DNA from: an uncultured Bacilli bacterium
Lineage (GTDB): Bacteria > Bacillota_I > Bacilli_A > RF39 > UBA660
Assembly (NCBI GenBank): GCA_934086145.1
Contig: CAKOHV010000001.1
Location: forward strand, 53,731 to 117,730
DNA length: 64,000 bases
Direction: 5' to 3'
Part shown: piece by piece, positions 58,782 through 64,000 of the stretch
How positions within the stretch are numbered: position 1 is the stretch's first letter
Layout: each line of letters opens with the position of its first letter
Notes under the pieces: model-generated
Database searches by the model: none
Told to the model about the DNA's origin: nothing
Seen by the model: the letters and a program-made list of their open reading frames with translations, nothing else
Translations under genes and position numbers: made by a program

Positions 58782-59017
58782 TGGTATTAACAAAACTTGA
58801 TGACATTAGGAATCTTAATTGTGTAACTCATTATCGTTATGCAAATTACCCTTTAGTGATACCAGTAAATACACTTATCACAGAAACAAAATTTGTCTTT
58901 AAACATGACACTAAAGTCGGTACGCCTATTTATGCATTTCAATTTATTTTTTGCACAAATGGTGATACAGGTGCCGAGTATCCTGTAATTCGTTGCATAA
59001 GTGAGAGAATTAAATAA
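58781..59017 (+). CDS. Hypothetical small protein (78 aa)
   Basis: ATGA overlap with the upstream gene, so translationally coupled. Confidence 0.4.
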   Translation: MVLTKLDDIRNLNCVTHYRYANYPLVIPVNTLITETKFVFKHDTKVGTPIYAFQFIFCTNGDTGAEYPVIRCISERIK

Positions 59018-59037
59018 TTAATTGCATTTACTAATAG

Positions 59038-59067
59038 AAGATGATAGAAAATATCATCTCTTTTTTT
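59038..59067 (+). terminator. Rho-independent terminator (gatgat...atcatc family)
   Basis: Stem agatgata/tatcatct with loop gaaaa, then a T7 run. Same core motif as the terminators at 60093 and 61186. Confidence 0.65.
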
Positions 59068-59180
59068 CTTTTGATTAAACACAGTACTTTTACATTAAAA
59101 ATAATAATTTTTTATAAATGACAAGATAAGGAAGAATTACTTTACACTAATTAAAAAAATATCAAAAATAGCTACATCCC

Positions 59181-59255
59181 GCGTATAACCGCCAAAATAA
59201 AGGGTATTATAACTAATGCAAAAACAATAGACGATATCATGAAAGCGATAAAATA
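59181..59255 (+). pseudogene. Fossil 3' fragment of the 58563-58781 gene
   Basis: gcgtataaccgccaaaataaagggtattataactaatgcaaaaacaatagacgatatcatgaaagcgataaaatag is ~75% identical by eye to the last 75 nt of the 58563 gene (...ggaattataaacgacattgaaacagtaagtgatatcatgaaagtgataaaataa). No start codon or RBS. Confidence 0.35.
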
Positions 59256-59340
59256 GTGTAAATCGTTTGAAACTGTGTTGAAATTGTGAAGAAAAGATAG
59301 TAAAATATAATCTATAAAATAGAAAGAAAGGTAGAGAAAA

Positions 59341-60078
59341 ATGAAAAAAATGAAAAATAATAGAAAAGGTTTTACATTAGTAGAATTATTGGCCGTTATC
59401 GTTATCCTTGCTATTTTAATGGTAGCAGCTGGATCAGCCGTAATGTCAACAATGAATAATGCTAAAGTTAATACATTTAAGAATGAGGCATTATCAGCAA
59501 TTAACATGGCTACTAACATGTATACTGAAATTTCTATGAACTCTGATGATGCAGGAAATTATTTAGTAAATGATACCGATGCTAAATACAAAGGAATGTG
59601 TGTAACATTACAAGGTCTTGTAAACAATGGTTACTTAGAAAAAGATTTACATGATGGAACTACTTACGGAACTATTATTGTTGAAGTACCATTCGATGGT
59701 GGCGCAACTAAATACTCAATTTGGACTTCTGATGGAACTTATGGTATCCAAGGATATGAAAAGAACAAAATCAGTAAGTTGAAATTTACTAGTGCAAACA
59801 ACAACGTAATTACTAATGATTACACAGTTGGTGGCAGTGGTATTGTAACTAAATTAAATGGTATTAAAGCTATAAATAATGCTACTCATTCAACAGTAGC
59901 TAGTGGTCAAACAGCAAATACTATAGCAAGTGCAGATGTAGCAACTAATAAATTTAAGTATCCTTCTGATGGTACTGTTGGACCAAAAGTTGCTTCAATT
60001 CAAACAATTGGCGGTGCTAATGGTGGTACTGGTACAACTTATAACAATATAACTTGTATAAATAACAAAATTCAATAA
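59341..60078 (+). CDS. Type IV pilin-like protein (245 aa), tandem copy 1; candidate major pilin
   Basis: MKKMKNNRKGFTLVELLAVIVILAILMVAAGSAV is a class III prepilin signal (G|FTLVE) plus hydrophobic alpha-1 helix. RBS AAAGGTAGAG. Identical protein to the 60429 gene. Confidence 0.75.
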   Translation: MKKMKNNRKGFTLVELLAVIVILAILMVAAGSAVMSTMNNAKVNTFKNEALSAINMATNMYTEISMNSDDAGNYLVNDTDAKYKGMCVTLQGLVNNGYLEKDLHDGTTYGTIIVEVPFDGGATKYSIWTSDGTYGIQGYEKNKISKLKFTSANNNVITNDYTVGGSGIVTKLNGIKAINNATHSTVASGQTANTIASADVATNKFKYPSDGTVGPKVASIQTIGGANGGTGTTYNNITCINNKIQ

Positions 60079-60092
60079 TTAGTTATTGAATT

Positions 60093-60124
60093 AAAAAGGA
60101 TGATGACAAATATCATCTTTTTTT
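60093..60124 (+). terminator. Rho-independent terminator (gatgat...atcatc family)
   Basis: aaaaaggatgatgacaaatatcatcttttttt. Confidence 0.6.
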
Positions 60125-60428
60125 CTGCCTATTTTATCTACTACAATCGCATATTTTTTAAGAAATTGTTTATAAAAAAATACAGTATAAAATTATTACT
60201 ATTGTAAGAGAAAAATAATTATTATGTTTTACTTTACATCAAATGAAAAAATATAAATAATAGAGAATTAAGTATATTTGCCTAAATATAGGGCATGATA
60301 AAAAATATAGAGGTGATCTGCTACATTGTAAATGTGATAAATTTGTGTCAAATATATAGAAATATGTTGAAATTGTGAAAAAAAAATAGTAGAATTAATA
60401 TGAAAATAGATAGAAAGGAAGAAGGAAA

Positions 60429-61166
60429 ATGAAGAAAATGAAAAACAATAGAAAAGGTTTTACATTAGTAGAATTATTGGCCGTTATCGTTATTCTTGCT
60501 ATTTTAATGGTAGCAGCTGGATCAGCCGTAATGTCAACGATGAATAATGCTAAAGTTAATACATTTAAGAATGAGGCATTATCAGCAATTAACATGGCTA
60601 CTAACATGTATACTGAAATTTCTATGAACTCTGATGATGCAGGAAATTATTTAGTAAATGATACCGATGCTAAATACAAAGGAATGTGTGTAACATTACA
60701 AGGTCTTGTAAACAATGGTTACTTAGAAAAAGATTTACATGATGGAACTACTTACGGAACTATTATTGTTGAAGTACCATTCGATGGTGGCGCAACTAAA
60801 TACTCAATTTGGACTTCTGATGGAACTTATGGTATCCAAGGATATGAAAAGAACAAAATCAGTAAGTTGAAATTTACTAGTGCAAACAACAACGTAATTA
60901 CTAATGATTACACAGTTGGTGGCAGTGGTATTGTAACTAAATTAAATGGTATTAAAGCTATAAATAATGCTACTCATTCAACAGTAGCTAGTGGTCAAAC
61001 AGCAAATACTATAGCAAGTGCAGATGTAGCAACTAATAAATTTAAGTATCCTTCTGATGGTACTGTTGGACCAAAAGTTGCTTCAATTCAAACAATTGGC
61101 GGTGCTAATGGTGGTACTGGTACAACTTATAACAATATAACTTGTATAAATAACAAAATTCAATAA
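60429..61166 (+). CDS. Type IV pilin-like protein (245 aa), tandem copy 2
   Basis: Encodes a protein identical to the 59341 gene with only a few synonymous nucleotide differences. Its own RBS GGAAGAAGGA. Confidence 0.75.
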   Translation: MKKMKNNRKGFTLVELLAVIVILAILMVAAGSAVMSTMNNAKVNTFKNEALSAINMATNMYTEISMNSDDAGNYLVNDTDAKYKGMCVTLQGLVNNGYLEKDLHDGTTYGTIIVEVPFDGGATKYSIWTSDGTYGIQGYEKNKISKLKFTSANNNVITNDYTVGGSGIVTKLNGIKAINNATHSTVASGQTANTIASADVATNKFKYPSDGTVGPKVASIQTIGGANGGTGTTYNNITCINNKIQ

Positions 61167-61170
61167 TTGA

Positions 61171-61216
61171 TTGTTGTTTAGCAACAAAAAGGTGATGATT
61201 AATATCATCTTTTTTT
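61171..61216 (+). terminator. Two consecutive hairpins (ttgttg-tttag-caacaa, then gatgat-taat-atcatc + T7), the second being a rho-independent terminator
   Basis: Read directly from the sequence; shares the gatgat/atcatc core with the two upstream terminators. Confidence 0.55.
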
Positions 61217-61415
61217 GTGCTTTTAAATAAACTTAAGCCAATAATTGTTATTAAAAGATACTTGTAGTTTCAATAAGTTATAAAAACATTATTCATAATA
61301 ACTTTCTTCTTTTAAAACGTCGTCAATTTCTTGCCTTTTTTCTAACTTCTTTATTGCATTTTGGCCCTCGACAATGTATGATTAAGGTAGTGAAAATAAT
61401 GCGAGGGTGGTTTTG

Positions 61416-64000
61416 ATGAAAAAAACTAAAGTTGTTATAATTGGTGCCGGTCCGGCTGGGTTGACTGCCGGTTATGAATTACTAAAAAAGGATAAAAATT
61501 ACGATGTAACAATACTCGAATCTTCAAATGATATTGGGGGAATATCTAAAACAATTAATTATAATGGTAATCGAATGGATATCGGCGGGCATCGTTTCTT
61601 TTCTAAGGACCCTAAGGTCAATGAATTTTGGCAAGAAATTTTACCATTACAAGGGAAGCCTTCTATTGATGACCTTGATTTAAAGCGTGAAAAAAAACTT
61701 GCTGAAAACGGACCTGATCCGCAAAAAGAAGATTGCATCATGCTTAAACGTCATCGTGTTTCAAGAATATATTATCTTAATAAATTTTTTGATTATCCGG
61801 TCAGCCTATCTTGGTCAACTATTAAAAATTTAGGCTTCGTTAGAACGATGAAAAGTGGCTTTAGTTACTTAAAAAGTTTGCTTTGGAAAAAAGAAGAGGA
61901 TTCTTTAGAAAATTTTTATATAAATCGTTTTGGCAAGAAACTATATAGTATGTTCTTTGAAGGCTACACCGAAAAATTGTGGGGAAGACATCCTAAAGAA
62001 ATTGATGCCTCTTGGGGTAGCCAACGTGTCAAAGGTATTTCTATTACCGAAGTTTTAAAAAATGCTTTTTCTAAAATGTTTCATCTAAAAAATAAAAAAG
62101 TTGAAACTTCTCTGATTGAAGAATATTACTATCCCAAATATGGTCCAGGTCAACTTTGGGAACAGGTAGCAATCGAATTTGAAAAAATGGGTGGCAAAGT
62201 TTTAAAAAATCATGAAGTTACCAAAATAAATGTTCAAGATAAAAAAATCGTTAGTGTTGTATGTCAAGAAAAAGAAATTCAAGGCGACATCTTTATTTCA
62301 TCGATGCCTATAAAAGACTTAATTGCGGATATGAATAATGTCCCTGAAAAAATCGCCGATATTGCCAACAATTTACCATATCGTGACTTTGTTACGGTTG
62401 GCTTACTTGTTAAAAACTTAAAAATAAAAAATCAAACGGCTATTAAAACATATAATGAACTTGTTCCTGATTGTTGGATTTACGTTCAAGATACTAAGGT
62501 CAAATTAGGCCGTATTCAAATTTTTAATAACTGGAGTCCTTACTTAGTTAAAAATCCGAAAAATACAGTATGGCTTGGTCTTGAATATTTCTGTAATGAA
62601 GGAGACCAATTTTGGAATCTAAGTGAAGAAGAGTGTGTCAAATTAGCAATAAATGAACTAGAAAAAATCGGTATCATTGATTCTAACCAAGTAATCGATT
62701 CACATCGTGAAAAAATTAAAAAAGCTTATCCTGCTTACTTTGATAGTTATGAGCATATTGATGAAGTTATTACATACTTAAATGAAATTCCTAATCTTTA
62801 TTGCGTAGGTCGTAATGGCCAACATCGTTATAACAATATGGATCATTCTATGATGACTTCCTTTAACACTGTAGAATGTATTATAAATAATAATCCTGAC
62901 AAAAGTAGCATCTGGAATGTTAATACGGAGCAAGAATACCATGAAAGTGCCGAAGAAACAAAAAAAATTAAGAAAAAACCTAACTTTAATATCCCATTTT
63001 TAAATAAAAAGAATTTTTTATTGCTATATTTACTTGTTTCTATCTTTTTAATTACTGCTCCATGGTATATTGATAACGATAGTTGGTTTATCTTTACCCA
63101 TGGCCGCTATATTTTAAATAATGGTTTTCCTTATATTGAACCATTTACTATCCATGAGGGCTTAAACTTTGTAATGCAACAATGGCTCTTTGCTCTCATC
63201 CTATATTTATGTAAATTTAAATTTGGTGTTAAATCATTGTTTTTCTTTGTTGTTACTGTCAATCTCTTAATCGTTTTTGTTCTTCATAAGTTATGTATGG
63301 TTGTTACCAAAAACAATTATAAAATAGCTATTCCTATAGCTTTCTTAATTGATTTCCTACTTATCAAGTTGACTTTTATAAGGACTCGTCCGCAAATATT
63401 TTCATATGTTTTAATTCCTTTATTTATTTATCTTATAGAATTATATCGTACGAAAGGGAATAAGAAGACTCTTTTCCTTTTACCACTTGTATCCATTCTA
63501 GAAGTCAATGTTCATGCTTCAATGTGGGCTTTCCTTTACGTTTATTCTATGCCATTTATTGCAGAATTAGTTATTCAAAAATTCACCAAAGAATCACCAA
63601 CTTATAAGGTTAAACCTTTAATTATTGCTCTCATTGCTTCAGTATTAGCTGGTTTTATCAATCCTTATGGTTATAAGGCTATGCTTTATTTCTTTACATC
63701 CATTAATAAGGGTGCTAATATTTACATATATGAAATGCAAACCCCATCGGTTTTCTCGAAGGAAGGTTTATGTAATATTTTATTAATTGGTATTTTTATA
63801 GGTTTAAGTACTATGAAGTTTATGAAAAAAGGTAAAGTTGAATGGCGTTATATTTTCTTAACTTATGGTAGTTTTATTTTAGCTTTAACTAATAAAAAAA
63901 GTATAGCTTATTTTGTTATTTTTAGCTTATACCCAGCTGCTTATTATTTAAATATTTTACTAACCAATGAAGAAGCATCTATTAAAAAGGCGCCATCTGC
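61416..64000 (+). CDS. FAD/NAD(P)-binding oxidoreductase (amine-oxidase/UDP-galactopyranose-mutase-like Rossmann N-terminus) fused to a C-terminal polytopic membrane domain; 3' end beyond the window
   Basis: [17 protein letters not shown] (GxGxxG) and ...IGGHRFFS motifs. A frame-0 hand translation stays open to position 64000. From ~63000 the product is a run of hydrophobic helices. The ORF is absent from the supplied track because it has no in-window stop. Confidence 0.55.
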   Translation, partial: MKKTKVVIIGAGPAGLTAGYELLKKDKNYDVTILESSNDIGGISKTINYNGNRMDIGGHRFFSKDPKVNEFWQEILPLQGKPSIDDLDLKREKKLAENGPDPQKEDCIMLKRHRVSRIYYLNKFFDYPVSLSWSTIKNLGFVRTMKSGFSYLKSLLWKKEEDSLENFYINRFGKKLYSMFFEGYTEKLWGRHPKEIDASWGSQRVKGISITEVLKNAFSKMFHLKNKKVETSLIEEYYYPKYGPGQLWEQVAIEFEKMGGKVLKNHEVTKINVQDKKIVSVVCQEKEIQGDIFISSMPIKDLIADMNNVPEKIADIANNLPYRDFVTVGLLVKNLKIKNQTAIKTYNELVPDCWIYVQDTKVKLGRIQIFNNWSPYLVKNPKNTVWLGLEYFCNEGDQFWNLSEEECVKLAINELEKIGIIDSNQVIDSHREKIKKAYPAYFDSYEHIDEVITYLNEIPNLYCVGRNGQHRYNNMDHSMMTSFNTVECIINNNPDKSSIWNVNTEQEYHESAEETKKIKKKPNFNIPFLNKKNFLLLYLLVSIFLITAPWYIDNDSWFIFTHGRYILNNGFPYIEPFTIHEGLNFVMQQWLFALILYLCKFKFGVKSLFFFVVTVNLLIVFVLHKLCMVVTKNNYKIAIPIAFLIDFLLIKLTFIRTRPQIFSYVLIPLFIYLIELYRTKGNKKTLFLLPLVSILEVNVHASMWAFLYVYSMPFIAELVIQKFTKESPTYKVKPLIIALIASVLAGFINPYGYKAMLYFFTSINKGANIYIYEMQTPSVFSKEGLCNILLIGIFIGLSTMKFMKKGKVEWRYIFLTYGSFILALTNKKSIAYFVIFSLYPAAYYLNILLTNEEASIKKAPS

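Noticed and set aside
1-64000. CRISPR arrays, rRNA or tRNA genes, prophage/integrase/transposase genes
   Set aside because: No regularly spaced short direct repeats, no GC-rich structured-RNA islands in intergenic regions, and no recombinase or transposase-like ORFs were seen. The only mobile-element-like feature is the 325-bp TIR element.

Overview
This is a low-GC (roughly 30% GC by eye) Firmicutes-type chromosomal segment using the standard genetic code (TAA, TAG and TGA all act as stops). Genes lie almost entirely on the + strand. The window mixes conserved housekeeping blocks with a large accessory block.

Recognisable housekeeping genes include hup (HU), the dnaB-dnaI replication pair, fmt, a sigG - ylmC/ymxH - lspA - rluD run, a rhomboid protease, and a lexA / UgtP-like glycosyltransferase / tkt / SirA-like / yneF block. 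The adjacent type-II topoisomerase pair is most likely parE-parC, since the A subunit lacks a GyrA box and the neighbourhood matches the Bacillus par/tkt region.

The accessory block (about 12.4-33 kb) holds three tandem giant proteins of 1287, 1455 and 1167 aa. Each begins with a canonical type-IV prepilin signal (KKG|FTLVELLAV) and carries a variable number of roughly 90-aa cysteine-pair Ig-like modules plus a conserved Cys-rich C-terminal domain. Each has its own conserved extended -10 promoter and leader. Upstream of them sit a 1258-aa orphan protein, a tandem pair of paralogous unknown proteins and a His/Cys-loop metal permease.

Near the 3' end of the window are two near-identical tandem 245-aa prepilin genes with a family of related terminators, a fossil 3' fragment of an upstream gene, and a 3'-truncated FAD-oxidoreductase/membrane-domain fusion. 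Other notable items are a 325-bp element with terminal inverted repeats flanked by 90-bp perfect direct repeats at 11.9-12.4 kb, a degenerate P-type ATPase relic, and two surface proteins with NPxT[G/S]-type sorting signals. No pilus-assembly genes (PilB/C/D/M/N/O/T), sortase, rRNA, tRNA or CRISPR features are evident. All calls rest on motif recognition and recalled family sequences, not on searches.
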